A DNA stretch of 64,000 bases from Barthelona sp. PCE (Eukaryota). The notes beneath the pieces are model-generated. The model searched no databases, had not been told where the DNA came from, and saw only the letters and a program-made list of their open reading frames with translations. Within the stretch, counting starts at the first letter, position 1; the number at the start of each line of letters is the position of its first letter. This document shows positions 28,976-41,149 of the stretch, one piece after another. A program made the position numbers and the translations under genes. The DNA lies in assembly GCA_040285745.1 (NCBI GenBank), contig JAUFOR010000004.1:620001-684000 (forward strand). Direction: 5' to 3'.

Positions 28976-31922
28976 TCAGAACTGAGTCATTTCTTCTGCT
29001 CCACGATTGTTAACAGTGTTTTCTTCTTCGACAATAGCGAACTCTGATTGATCTTTCTTTGCCTGTTTGGGATCCTTTAAGAAAAGCGCTTCACGAGCTT
29101 CAATCTCATCATACATAATGTTGCGTTCAGCCAATAGCTTAGCATCTTCATCAGGTGTACGTGAAGAATCAGCAACCTTTCGGTATTTAGAAACACCAAG
29201 CAAGAAGATTCCATCATATTTGCTGCCAGTTTCACCATGCTCAAAATTCTTGAATGAAAGAGTAGATAAGACACCAATCATCAGAACACATGTCATCCAC
29301 ATAACGGTCATTAAACGGAAACGATAAGCAAAGTTATCAACAAAATAAACTCTGAAAATAAAGGGAATGCAGAAGACCCAAAGACCCATCATAACAAATT
29401 CAATAAGGGAGACAAGGACTGTCCACATAGCTGTGTATTGCTTCCAAAGGTAAATTTCAGCAATAGACATGGAATTCTTGTATCTAAATTTAGAGAAATT
29501 TCCTAACCAGAAGAAAATCTTCTTGAAGATAAGTTTCCATCCCTTACCAATAGGAATACAGTTACGGACAAAAGGCCAGCGGATGATGATTATTGTGCAA
29601 ATAAGAGGGATGAATGTCGTATAAGCAAAGAATGTAGGGATAACTGCTGGTGTGTGGATCATTGTGGAATCCCACAAATCATAGCCGTATTTCCTCTGAA
29701 GAAGGAGGAAACCAACAATACTAAGAATAAGGTGACAGGAAACAGCAATAAGAGAACCATAGAAAGCGTATTTGTTCATTCCTGCAATCTTTCTGCTATC
29801 TTCATCCTTAATCTTCTTCTTAAAGACAGAAATGAGCTCTGTATATGAAGAAGTAACTTGGATCATGATAAAAAGACATAAAACAACAAGACAAACAAGG
29901 ATGTTAACTAGGATATTTCTCAACTTTTGAGTGCTCATAGTATCAGCTCTTTCTTGATAGTAAGCCTTCATCAATGCTGTGATTTCGTCCTTATACTGCT
30001 CAACAGTGTTTGTGGCAGGATCCATTGCTGTTGTGTTCTTATCACTATAAGTGTGACCATTATGGGCAAAGAACATCTTACAGTATTCGTACTTTTGGAT
30101 GAAAAGATCATGATACTGTTCACGACGAGCAGCATCATTAGGTAGCAGAGCCATGATATCATCCATAAATACACCTGAAGTTGTACGGGGGACGGGTAAA
30201 CCAAGCAAAGCGTTGATTGTAGGGGCGACATCAATGTTCTTGAAGTGCTTCTTGAATCGATCAACTGGACTGTCATCAGTAAAGAATTTCTCATCATCAG
30301 TGATTGACATTGATGCTAAATTAGAATTCTTCTTATAGATAACAAAAGGACAATCCATGTTAAGTTCATCGGGGCCACCATGACCACCACGATCAACTTG
30401 ACCGTGATCAGAAGTAAGAATAATTACATCATTTTCAGTTGCAAGGTCAAACAATTGCTCAACTTGGGCTGTTTGATTGGTTAAAGCACGGTTGTACGTG
30501 TCCTCAGTGTTCCATTCAGTTGAAACACCGAACGCGTGTCCCTGAAGATCGGCATCAGAAAGATGCATGATGAAGAACTCGTACGGTTCATGTGTATTGT
30601 TCCAAGCTTCACGTGCAATCTCACCTCTCTTCTTGTCAGCGAGATCTGCACTGTTCAAATTACCAGCTTCAAGTCCGTAATCGGTGGGAACGGTACCCTC
30701 ACCGTGGAGAATAGGGAGCTTGGTATGGACTATATCACCAAACCATGGTGAAGCAGTGAGACCGCGATTAACATCAAAGTTCATTGCTTGACGGAAGATA
30801 TTATCGTATTTTGTCTCTGGAATCATGAGATTACCAAGCGTTCCATGGCCTTCCGGTTGTTCACCTGTAACAAAAGTAACCCAATTAGGGACAGACATTG
30901 ATGGGAGAGAAGACGTTAAGTGATAAGATAAGGAATGATCCTTAATAGACGTTTGTGCAAGGAATGCCTTCATTTCTGCATTCTTGTCGAAGTAATCATA
31001 TCTAATACCATCAAGAATAATAAAGAGAACACGCATATTATAATTATTACGTGCACCATAATAACCCAGAGAATCTTCAGACATTAATGCTTCCAACTCA
31101 TTATCAGTTAAAAATGTTCCTTGAGTTGTGTTCAGCTTATAAAATTCAATAAAGAAAGTACCAAAAACAATTAAAGCAATTAGAAGCGTAAGGTTGCAAA
31201 CATCACGTTGACCTGAATTGAATTTAGAACCTAAACGAGTACGGGTGGATTTGATATCAGAATAGCGATCAAGTTTCTCTAATGCACCACGAAGTGATTC
31301 ATTGGGTAAAGTAGCAGCTTTCTTCTCACCTTCCTTATTAAAAACATTTGCTGTATTACGACGTTGGAACATCATTAAACAAATTGCAATGAATATCGTT
31401 GAGAATACTGTGATAACAAGTGAAATGGAAATTAAAAATGAACGGAAGTTTGTGGGATAAGCACTTAGGAAGATCCATAAGAAGATGGAAACCAACTTCA
31501 TAATCAAAAGACCCATAGTGGAGACACTACGGGATGGTTTTTTGAGGATTCTGATGAGATAAACAATCTCAAGAACCATCATAATGAAAAGACCAATGCT
31601 ACCAAATTGCTGAAGCCATAAGGTACCTGATGAGGATGAAGAGACCTCTATTGTGACAGATGCATCAACACGATCATCAAAAAAGAAAGAATAAATTACT
31701 AAAATGAAACTGGTCAAACAATCTAAGCCAAACGCTAATACGGTTAACAAAAGAACGAAATGGATAGTTGAATGGAGCGCACGGTTATTTGTGATGTAAT
31801 TCGCTGACTAAATATGAGAAATACTATTGGAAAAAACTACATACCAGCTCAAATTCGTCATCTAGGGTGAGCATTTGAGATATCGAGTTCGAAAACGAGC
31901 TCGTTGTTGGACTGGGACCCAT
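28976..31922 (-). CDS. Alkaline-phosphatase-superfamily multi-TM protein, GPI ethanolamine-phosphate transferase-like; exons 31922-31845 and 31807-28976
   Basis: ILDGIR, PSMSVPNW, DLQGH, TSDHG, GGHGG, DVAPT. A 37-nt intron supplies an ATG start. Confidence 0.75.
31808..31844 (-). other. Spliceosomal intron, 37 nt
   Basis: GTATGT...CTCATATTTAG, phase 0, in frame with the downstream ORF. Confidence 0.8.
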
Positions 31923-32246
31923 GTCTCAAAACAAAAAATGCAAAAAGGAGGAAAAAAAAGTATAACATTGTGCAGAAAGTGAGTTTAGGTGCCCCCATCT
32001 GGTATAAGACATAAAAGTTTAAAAAGTCTGGGAAACCATCAGAAATTTATGCTTTAAAGGTCATACTGATTCTAAATTTTTGCCTGCTTTTTAGATTCCA
32101 TATTCACCAAAAGCCACCAACCAAACAATTATACCTTTAGTTATGGTGGTCTGACTGAAATAGAGCTCTCCTAACAGACACAGGATTGAAATGCAAAAAT
32201 TCGGTGTTTTTCAAATATCAACCTTACACAAGCACAATTTAAGATA

Positions 32247-32621
32247 ATGTTGATTGAAGAGTGGTTTCTTTTACATCTAACGTCAGTTTTGCTTAATGTG
32301 ATTGTATATGCTGCCATTTTTGTTGCAGAAAAAAGTTTGTTCAGTATTTATAACGCTATTGTTTGTTGCGGGTTGTTGCTAGTGGAGTTTACCTTCTGCA
32401 GCAGGGGACTTATGCTATTTTTTTATACTTTACCCAAATTTTTGACGATTATTCATTTTTTCGTTGCAATTTCAGCTATTTGTCGCTTTCATTTTGGATT
32501 ATTCCCTGCATTTAGTTATGAATTATTCATCACAATGGCGTCAAATGTCAATATTGTAACTCTTATCATTGTTGTGTTAAGTCGTGTTATCAAGGCATGG
32601 AAAACTCCAAATTCCACTTAA
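32247..32621 (+). CDS. Small hypothetical multi-TM protein
   Basis: 124-aa hydrophobic ORF with ATG start, convergent with its neighbour 10 bp away. Confidence 0.5.
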   Translation: MLIEEWFLLHLTSVLLNVIVYAAIFVAEKSLFSIYNAIVCCGLLLVEFTFCSRGLMLFFYTLPKFLTIIHFFVAISAICRFHFGLFPAFSYELFITMASNVNIVTLIIVVLSRVIKAWKTPNST

Positions 32622-32631
32622 TTGCTATATT

Positions 32632-32976
32632 TTATTCACTCTTGGCCTGATGTTCCTTAAGCATGCGCTCATATTGCCAGTTATAACAAGCAGCACATGT
32701 TGCGCTACGTTTTTCCTGAATAGTAACATCAGGAAGATGTGAAAGGAAGAATTCCTTCCATTCATCAGTATCAGTAAGAAGCTCGCGCGTCTTGACTGTC
32801 TTTAAAAGATCTGAATGCTTAAAGATTTGGATTTCGTTCATATTGGGATATTCCTCTTCACCGTATTCATTTTCGTTATAATAGAATACGCAACGACCAG
32901 GTTTGGCACGTTGGATCTCAGTTTCGACAACGTTAAAGAAGTCTTTATGCATATCTTCACAAATAATGTAAAACAT
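32632..32976 (-). CDS. Hypothetical protein
   Basis: 114-aa ORF from ATG 32976 with globular composition. Confidence 0.6.
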   Translation of the reverse strand: MFYIICEDMHKDFFNVVETEIQRAKPGRCVFYYNENEYGEEEYPNMNEIQIFKHSDLLKTVKTRELLTDTDEWKEFFLSHLPDVTIQEKRSATCAACYNWQYERMLKEHQAKSE

Positions 32977-33718
32977 AGTTGAATAGTTGGTATTTTGTAG
33001 TTTAAATTGGAAAAAAGGAAGTGTAGATTGAACAAAAGGTGGAAATTGTGTTTGTATGACCCTCAAAAGTACGAAGAGGAGTAAAAAAGTGAAACCATCA
33101 CCAAAAGTTTATTTCAAGAATCTTTAAAGATAAAAAATTACGAAAATAAGCAATATAGCCACATCTAACAGATGAAAAGGCTAAAGACCCTCACATAATG
33201 CAGATATCTGTTTACATAGGTTGAGCTTCTAAAAGTAAATTTTTCACGTCTAACATGCTTAAATCGTCCACAAAGCAACAGAGGAATGATTTTAAACTAT
33301 AGAATCGGGCTTTTTGAGAAATCCTTTACATTGCACACTAAAAGAGTTAGTAAACATGCTTAGTGGCACATATATATCACTTAAAGCATGCTCCACTTGA
33401 ATTTATCAGAGAAATCCGTTTGAGGGAAGAAAACGCTTTTTTTACCTATTTTACCCTAACAACACCGTTTATTATCCAGTAATCTTGCTTAAAGCAGTCC
33501 ATTAACACTATTTAGGAAAGGAATAAGATGAACTCGAAGTAATTATGCATTTTTAATGATTTTTTTTTCCCCATAAAAATAAAGTATTTAAGCTTTCTTT
33601 CAACCATTATTAGATGTACCGGCCCAAAAACTCCCTTAAAGACTGCTAGCAGTGAGGGAATCTCAATATTAGTTTGTTAAATTTTTTCTCTCCTACTTCA
33701 TTTACTATCAACATTAAC

Positions 33719-35125
33719 ATGTCTGAATCAAACATAAGTTTTGGAACAATCGGCCTTGGTGTTATGGGTGCAGCGTTAGCACGTAATGCTTCACGGTTTA
33801 CACCAATTCACATTTACAATCGTACAACATCAAAAACAGATCGCTTTATGGAGAAATACTCAACAGAAGGAACATTTATACCTGCAAAAACACTCGAAGA
33901 ACTCATTGAGAACATGACTGGTACCCGTGTTTTATTCCTCATGGTTAAGGCTGGACCTGCCATCGATAAGATGTTAGAAATCATGCTCCCTCTCCTCAAG
34001 GAAGGCGACGTTGTTATTGATGGAGGTAATTCATTTTATGAAGATACAAACAGAAGAGTCAAGCATTGTCTTGAGTATAATATCCATTTTGTGGGTGTTG
34101 GTGTCTCTGGCGGCGAAGAAGGTGCTCTCCGTGGTCCATCTATGATGGTTGGTGGCTCTCAAGAAGCATGGGAAAAAACCAAGGATGTCTTGATCCCTAT
34201 GGCCGCTAGTGATGGTCTAGGTGGTAACACATGTGCTTTAATGGGTGAAGCCGGTGCTGGTCACTTTGTTAAGATGACTCACAACGGTATTGAATATGCT
34301 ATTATGGAGATGCTTGGTGAGGTCTATTTGATGTTGAGAAACAGTGGTATGCATCCCGATGATATCGCACAGGTTTTCTCCAAGTTTAATGGTCTTGAGC
34401 ACAGTGATCTTAACTCATATCTTGTTGAGATTTCTGCTGATGTTGTTTCCAGAAAGACTGAAAATGGTGAACCACTCATTGATTTCATTGTAGATCGTGC
34501 AAAGATGAAGGGCACTGGTCTGTGGACGGTAAAAACCGCCCTTGATCTCAACGTTAACGTGTCAACAATCCTAGCAGCTGTTCAAATGAGACAAACTTCA
34601 GATACAGTTGCTCTTCGTGATCAGGGCAAGTCAATCGCTGCAGTTGAGAAACGTACTGATGCTGTTGAGATTGACCAATTACAGAAAGCCTTGGAGCTTG
34701 CTGTCACAATAGCATATATCCAAGGTATTGTTCTCATCAAAACTGCCAGCTCATTGTACAACTGGAATATCAACATGTCTGAAGTCGCACGCGTATGGAG
34801 GGCTGGATGCATCATTCGCTCATGGCCTATGCTCGATGCACTCATGGACGCTACTACACAACAAAACGTTTTCGAAGGTCTTATTGCCAAATGGCTCTCA
34901 GAGGAGCACGTTCAGGCTCTCATGGATATGTCTATCACGGCAATTCGCTCATCCACTCCCATTCCTGCACTTTCTGCTGCCCTTAATTATGTAACTGCAT
35001 TGCAAAGTAAGCAACTTCCTACTGCTTTGATTCAACTGCAACGTGATCGTTTTGGACGACATGGTTTCCGTAGAACAGACCAGCCCCATGAGACAGAGTG
35101 TCATATCGATATTGGTCTGGACTAA
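33719..35125 (+). CDS. gnd: 6-phosphogluconate dehydrogenase (decarboxylating)
   Basis: GLGVMG, YNRT, MVKAG, IDGGN, GVSGGEEGA, GHFVKMTHNGIEY, KGTGLWT, QRDRFGRH. Confidence 0.97.
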   Translation: MSESNISFGTIGLGVMGAALARNASRFTPIHIYNRTTSKTDRFMEKYSTEGTFIPAKTLEELIENMTGTRVLFLMVKAGPAIDKMLEIMLPLLKEGDVVIDGGNSFYEDTNRRVKHCLEYNIHFVGVGVSGGEEGALRGPSMMVGGSQEAWEKTKDVLIPMAASDGLGGNTCALMGEAGAGHFVKMTHNGIEYAIMEMLGEVYLMLRNSGMHPDDIAQVFSKFNGLEHSDLNSYLVEISADVVSRKTENGEPLIDFIVDRAKMKGTGLWTVKTALDLNVNVSTILAAVQMRQTSDTVALRDQGKSIAAVEKRTDAVEIDQLQKALELAVTIAYIQGIVLIKTASSLYNWNINMSEVARVWRAGCIIRSWPMLDALMDATTQQNVFEGLIAKWLSEEHVQALMDMSITAIRSSTPIPALSAALNYVTALQSKQLPTALIQLQRDRFGRHGFRRTDQPHETECHIDIGLD

Positions 35126-35631
35126 AAAATTCAAAATAGGAACTCTTGAGTGAAAAGTAAAGAACATATTTACCAACTTTTTTTTTTCTGTGATCTTGCT
35201 TAAAAATCCTCTTTTACTTTGAGAACTTTCACAAAATGATGGAGAATCAGATAAAAAGCAAAAAGGCCCTAATAGAAATGAATATGACTAAATTCAAAAA
35301 TGAAAAGCGCATTATGAGAGAACTTTCAACAGATGAAATGATAAAGGAACCCATAAAAAGAAGTAATATCCTCAAACTAAAAATGCGTATTATAGAACTA
35401 AGATTAGGGATCTATATCCTATGGCCTGAAGAAAAGGTGTCATTGTACATAGCATTGGGTTGCATCATAACAATTATGATCCTCAAAATGAAATAAAAAA
35501 TGTTCTGCATCTACCTTAACCTTAAAAACCTTTTGGTATCCTCAGCAAACGCAACTAAAGTTTATTCATCCCTTTAACGATTACAATAACAGAAAATGCA
35601 GTGAAAATTCGTTTTCCATATTCTCTCCACA

Positions 35632-37132
35632 ATGAACATTTCTGAAACAGCGCGAGCGTATCTAAGCGAACCAGGGGCAGATGGTATGTCACTGTACCAG
35701 CACCTTTACCGAACTTTCCTATATTTGGCAGAAAACAACTTCTCTGATCCATATGCTTCGTTTGAGACCGCTTCTCAAGAGGTCAAAGCCTCTTACGGTC
35801 TTAGCAAAAGCGGAGGATCGTTTGGAGAACTGTCAGATGAGAAGATCGAAGCATTTATTAAGAAATGCGAATTACTTGCCGTATGCATATTTTTAGCATT
35901 GAAAATATTCTAACCTTTAGTTGCAACCAACCCCTACGATTCCAGAAACTCTTCCACTTTTGAAACAAGAGAAGGTCATTACGGAACTTATTGATACATT
36001 TTCATTAGCCAGATCAGTTGGTAAGGGCCTCATGAACGAAGAAGTGCTCTCCTTAACATTAAGCATGAAGAAATTTGTTCGTTTTCATGATGTTAATCAG
36101 GTACGCTTTGTTGGTAAGATTTTTACTTCTATTAATCCCTACTATATCCTTGAGGTGAAGCCTAAGGAGCAGGGTGAGGCTTTTGAGAAGCCTGCACCAA
36201 TTAAGCCAGGTGAAACTAAGCCACCTGTACCTAAAGAAGATCCTGGTATTGGCTGCAACAAATTCGTCTATTATGTCAGCACTGAGCTCACTGGTGAATG
36301 GATCAAGCTTCCTCACACCACACCACAATTGATTCAAGCTGCCAGAGGTTATCTTTCCTTTTTCACAGGAGAATTAGAAAAGAATTTATCTCCATCATTT
36401 CCTGGTCTTGAAAAGGATTTCTTGAGAGCCCAGCTTTCACGTATTGTCCACGCCACTACAGTATGTCCAAGTGATTCCTTGATTGAAGTTGAGATCGAAG
36501 AAGAGGAAGAGGAGGATGAAGATGAGGAAAAAATAACTGACCCCGATTATGAACAGAACCCTGACTTTGAAGGTTTTGAGATTCCTGAAGGCTTTGATGA
36601 TCCTGAAACTATGAATGATGAAGACGGTCCTATGGTTAATATCACACATGCCAGAATGGAAATTCTACCTCAAGGACGTTGTTTCTTTTATGCTACCAAG
36701 TACAAGGAGCCCGATGAGGACGAGGAAGAAGAAGAAGATGTTATTGAACCAGAAGAGGAAGAGCCAGAAGAAGGCAAAGAAATTTTCACCCCTTGTTCAC
36801 AAGACGAAGGTATCAAAGGTGATCCTGCTTGGTGTATGCGTGTATGCCAATCACAGTCTACATCCTCACCTGTTGTTGTTACATCTAATCTTTGGAACGG
36901 TGCTTTTGCCGTTGTACATGGTTCTAATACATTGAATTGTTACATTGGATGGGGTCAAAAAGCACAGAAGGTTGCTTTCTGTCCTGCACCTCTCCCTGCA
37001 ATGACAAAGATGACCTGGCTTCCCAGTGAAGAGAAGGATCCCACTGTTCGTGAAGAGCAAGATTATGAAGATGCCCTTCGTGAGCGTGCTGAGAAGGAGA
37101 TTGATTCCGAGGAAGAAGAAGAGGAAGATTAA
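35632..37132 (+). CDS. RSPH4: Radial spoke head protein RSP4/6 family; exons 35632-35880 and 35921-37132
   Basis: SLYQHL, RFVGKIF, EDPGIGCNKFVYYV, WIKLP, LRAQLSRI, SNLWNGA, YIGWG. Confidence 0.92.
35881..35920 (+). other. Spliceosomal intron, 40 nt
   Basis: GTATGC...CTAACCTTTAG, phase 0; joins ORFs 35632 and 35921. Confidence 0.9.
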
Positions 37133-37195
37133 GTGCTTTTGTTGTAAATTTACTGTTTTTGTGTTTTTTTCTCATTTTTTACATATTTTTAAGGG

Positions 37196-38371
37196 ATGTC
37201 ACACGAAACCGTCATCAAGGACATGGTTGCAATGAGCGGTTATGGTGTTTTCGAAGGTCAGCCAGAGATATATACTGCTCTTCTCGATTCTCTCTCTGAG
37301 TACACAAAATGTCTTATCAATGATGCAGAAAAACTGTCTAACAACATTGGGCTTCAAGAATTAACTCCAACTGCTGTTAACATGGCTTTAAAATGTCGTG
37401 GTGATTCTCAGATTCTCGGATACGAAGAGGATCATATTTTAGACCACAAATCCATCGATGTTGGACAAAAACTCTACTTCCAGAAGAACACAGTGCGTTC
37501 TTTAACAAACCAAGTTTTTGTTGCCGAACCACCATTGCAGCTCAGGATGAGCTGGTTGGCAGTTGACGGCGTGGTTCCAAAAGCGAGCTACAACGTTGTT
37601 GGTGAGCTTGATGATCAAATGGAAGAGGTTGTTTCGAAGGATGGATCAACTATACTTCGACTTCCAGTTCCTCACACACTCAGTCTCCAGGAAATAGAAC
37701 TATTTGACACCATTAGAAATGCTATATTACCTCTACAGAATGATACAGAGGATGACTTTCTGGAATCAGTGTGCCTGTGCATGGAAACTGAACCTATCGT
37801 CGCGCAACTCCTCCCATACATCATTTCGGACACGGAAAAGGCTGTGTATACTGAAATGGAAAGCACAACTATGTCGTTTGACTTCATTGGTCGCGTGACC
37901 CGCGTTTTAGAATCTATCTGCCGTTCATCGATTTTGGATCCATTGCCACACATCAATTCGCTCATTCCACTATGCACAAGCATTTTGCTCAATTACACTA
38001 TTGCTGAACAAGTACCTGATGTTGCTGAAAAATGTAGAGATGTTATCGTTCAGTTATGTACAAAATTAGAAATTATTCCCTTATATGTGAGTTATTTAAC
38101 AGAAGTTTTTAAAAAGAATATAAGTGTAATTCCTTTGCTTTGTTATGCCCTTCAGCCATTTGGCAACGATGCATTCTTACACGTGTTTGTGCGCGATGGA
38201 AGACTGAATTTGCTCTTCGATCATAGTATGAAAGACTCTATTCTATCTATTGATGAGGAACTTTTGACTGTGTTTACAAATTTTGAGGAGAGTGCTCTTG
38301 CTGAACTTGTAGCGTGTTGTAAGAAACACCCAAAGGGAAGTAATCTGATCAGATTGATTGAGAAGAACTAA
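37196..38371 (+). CDS. TAF6: TFIID/SAGA subunit TAF6-like
   Basis: N-terminal histone fold, SWLAVDGVVP, HTLSLQEIELF, QLLPYI. Confidence 0.8.
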   Translation: MSHETVIKDMVAMSGYGVFEGQPEIYTALLDSLSEYTKCLINDAEKLSNNIGLQELTPTAVNMALKCRGDSQILGYEEDHILDHKSIDVGQKLYFQKNTVRSLTNQVFVAEPPLQLRMSWLAVDGVVPKASYNVVGELDDQMEEVVSKDGSTILRLPVPHTLSLQEIELFDTIRNAILPLQNDTEDDFLESVCLCMETEPIVAQLLPYIISDTEKAVYTEMESTTMSFDFIGRVTRVLESICRSSILDPLPHINSLIPLCTSILLNYTIAEQVPDVAEKCRDVIVQLCTKLEIIPLYVSYLTEVFKKNISVIPLLCYALQPFGNDAFLHVFVRDGRLNLLFDHSMKDSILSIDEELLTVFTNFEESALAELVACCKKHPKGSNLIRLIEKN

Positions 38372-38539
38372 CCATCGATTTTTCAGTAAAATATCGTACT
38401 GTTACATAACGAAGCATCATAATTATGACTAATTTATAGTATTTATTACATCATAAACTGCTTGTTTGCTATTAACCTTTTTCCGTTTAAATTGGAATAC
38501 GTGTGTTTGATATTTTTAAACATTGCATCACGAAGGCTT

Positions 38540-38694
38540 CGGGAAGTGGCCTAAAACCTTTTTCTTTTTGAAAAAGGTAAGAAAAACCGTATCGGGTCCT
38601 ACGGACACCTACTACACATGACGGTTCGCTTCGTCCCCCTCCGCTGTTTACTACCTCAAGTATAAAGTCTGAAGGCTAGCGCCTGTATGTCACC
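38540..38694. mobile_element. Family-2 foldback element, copy truncated at one end (155 bp)
   Basis: Reverse complement of 4504-4657, differing only in the central T tract. Confidence 0.85.
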
Positions 38695-39056
38695 CTATCA
38701 ATATTGAAATACTATAAACTTTCAGATGTATGGACTTCCAAACTTAATTCTCTGTAAAGAGTCTGTTTACTCTCCCTAACTACCCGTTAACATGGATGAG
38801 ACCCTGGAAGAAAATCATGCATCACAGCTTCTTTGATCCTTAACAACATAAATTTCAATGTAAAAAAATTGATGTTTGAAAAGACTAGATTTCCTATCTA
38901 AATTAGAATTTTGCATCTAGTAAAATCGTAAAACTGGATCTTTGTGAGTTTAATATCTCCCTCAGCACGTGTATTGTACAAAATGAAGAAACTGAAAGCG
39001 TTAAAGTAACTCTCTCCCTATTCTTCTTACCGTTTCTTTTTACAACACGTAATCAC

Positions 39057-39650
39057 ATGCAACACGGTTACCAACCTGGTTTTGATCCAAGAGGCATTGC
39101 ACAGAATTACATTACTAGTAGTGGTATGCCCTTTCAACAGAGAATGAATGCATTATTCGCTGCTGCTGATATACAACGAGATGGATTCTTGAGTGTCACG
39201 GAAGTTCAGCGTTCTTTTGCTCAAGGAGCATCAGCAGTTTCTATTAGCATTGAGGCCTCAAAATCTCTGATGCGATTATTTGACTCACCCAACGCTCCCG
39301 GCCAGGGTGTGATTGACCAGTCAGAGTTCATTATGTTGAATGCCTTTGTTGAGTCACTTCGCATGGTGTATGCAAATTACGCTGGTAACATTAGCGCCCC
39401 TGCCATGAATGCACAAAGCATGCAACCTGCGCTTGCATCTCTTGGCCTTGTGCTTACTCCTGTTTCAGTCCAAAACTTAGTGAGGATTTTTGCTAGCAGC
39501 AATCCAACAGTAGTTACATATCTTCAATTCTTGGAGATTTGTATCCACACTGCGCTTTGTCTTTCTTTACATACACGTTTTGCTGGTGGTAGCGAACGTG
39601 CTTCTCTTTCAGCTGATCAAATGCTTGCATTTTCTCTTTTCTTTAAGTAA
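39057..39650 (+). CDS. Penta-EF-hand (ALG-2/peflin-like) protein
   Basis: FAAADIQRDGFLSVTEV, LMRLFD..GVIDQSEF, vestigial later EF hands. Confidence 0.75.
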   Translation: MQHGYQPGFDPRGIAQNYITSSGMPFQQRMNALFAAADIQRDGFLSVTEVQRSFAQGASAVSISIEASKSLMRLFDSPNAPGQGVIDQSEFIMLNAFVESLRMVYANYAGNISAPAMNAQSMQPALASLGLVLTPVSVQNLVRIFASSNPTVVTYLQFLEICIHTALCLSLHTRFAGGSERASLSADQMLAFSLFFK

Positions 39651-39792
39651 TGTTATATTGTAAATATCTAGATTGTTGTCTTGAATGGCAATTAGAGAGA
39701 AAAGTCTTAGTTGAACACAATATAGTGTGCAAATGATGAACATTATGAAACTAAAGCAAATAGCAGGCAAAAATTTGTTTTGCTTTTTCTAC

Positions 39793-41127
39793 ATGCTTTC
39801 TTCAGCACAAAACCCGTTATTCAGAGCCTTAAGGGATCTAATAAGCTTGAAAAGGGCAAAAAAATGCTCAGATCGTCGAGATGTTTTGTCTTCAATCGAT
39901 TTACTGACTTCTAACGCACAACATCTACGCAAGCTACCCAGTGGGCCAATGCAGAGTTTCAGAAGGGCTTTAAAGTCAACAGGCATTTCCTTTGATGAAG
40001 AAAACCGTGAAATTATACATGTCGTTGGAACAAAGGGAAAAGGATCCACAGTAGCTTTTGCTGATTCGCTGTTAACTGAGGCTGGCTGTTCGACGGTCGC
40101 ATTCACAAGTCCCCATGTTCAGTCAGTTTATGAACGAATCACTTTTAACGGTAAACAGGATCATAAGAAGTTCAATTCTGCGTTCTTTAGTGTATGGGAC
40201 AAGTGTATTAACGCTCCAGAGTTTAAAATTAGTGAAGATGAAGTTTGGTTACCACCATTTTTCCACTTCATGAGTTTGGTGGGATTGGAAGCTGCAAAAC
40301 AACAGCATGCTGATTATCTCCTCCTAGAGGCAGGCATAGGTGCGAAAAACGATGTAACTAACTTGTGCAAACCAGCTGCTGTTGGTCTAACGCAAGTTGA
40401 CCTTGATCACACTGAAATTTTTGGCAGTGAGATTGACGACATCCTTGATGACAAGAAGATGGCAATCAAGAAAAATGTACCGGTGTATTGTGCAGATCAA
40501 GATGAGCATATTTTAAATGTGTACAAGAAGCAAGCAAAAGATGTTGGTACATCATTGCAAGTGATCAAACCCCATTCGCACTGCTATGAATATGGAATCC
40601 CAGGTCCAGTTTCTTCTCAAAATTCAGCATTGGCTCAGGCTCTTGTAGAAGAAGTTTTAGGCCGTCCTTTAGAGATTTCTGAGCTTGAAAACGGGTTCAG
40701 TAAGACGTTTTTACCCAGTAGGTTTCATAAATTAGTCTATCCAAACAATACTTTTTTTGTTGATGGAGCACATTGTCCTATTGCAATGAAAGCCTGTTCT
40801 CAATGGTTTAGGACACAGAGAGACATGAATAGGGAGAGCGCACTGCTTGTAGGATTGACTGGAGATCGTACAAAACATGCAAGGGAAGTATTTGAACCAC
40901 TTTTTGCTCTCAACAGTTTTGATCATGTTTTCTGCACAAATAGAGAACTGAGGCCAATTCTTGAAGAGTTAAGCGGAAAGCCTGTTGAATTCGTACGCGT
41001 TGTACGTTCAGTAGTTAAGGGACCACTTCAGAACTGTGACATCTTAGTAACAGGTTCATTGCATCTTGCAGGAGAGGGTTTAAATCATATCACCGATTAC
41101 GGAACTGTACCCCCTATTAACAAATAA
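39793..41127 (+). CDS. FPGS: Folylpolyglutamate synthase
   Basis: IHVVGTKGKGST, FTSPH, ERI, EAGIG, DVTN, DLDH, VDGAH, VTGSLHL. The start at ATG 39793 is inferred. Confidence 0.93.
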   Translation: MLSSAQNPLFRALRDLISLKRAKKCSDRRDVLSSIDLLTSNAQHLRKLPSGPMQSFRRALKSTGISFDEENREIIHVVGTKGKGSTVAFADSLLTEAGCSTVAFTSPHVQSVYERITFNGKQDHKKFNSAFFSVWDKCINAPEFKISEDEVWLPPFFHFMSLVGLEAAKQQHADYLLLEAGIGAKNDVTNLCKPAAVGLTQVDLDHTEIFGSEIDDILDDKKMAIKKNVPVYCADQDEHILNVYKKQAKDVGTSLQVIKPHSHCYEYGIPGPVSSQNSALAQALVEEVLGRPLEISELENGFSKTFLPSRFHKLVYPNNTFFVDGAHCPIAMKACSQWFRTQRDMNRESALLVGLTGDRTKHAREVFEPLFALNSFDHVFCTNRELRPILEELSGKPVEFVRVVRSVVKGPLQNCDILVTGSLHLAGEGLNHITDYGTVPPINK

Positions 41128-41149
41128 TTGTAAATATCCTTGTGAGAGG

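Noticed and set aside
35236-35496. 86-aa AT-rich ORF
   Set aside because: Its composition is unlike neighbouring genes and it has no recognisable motif, so it is not called.
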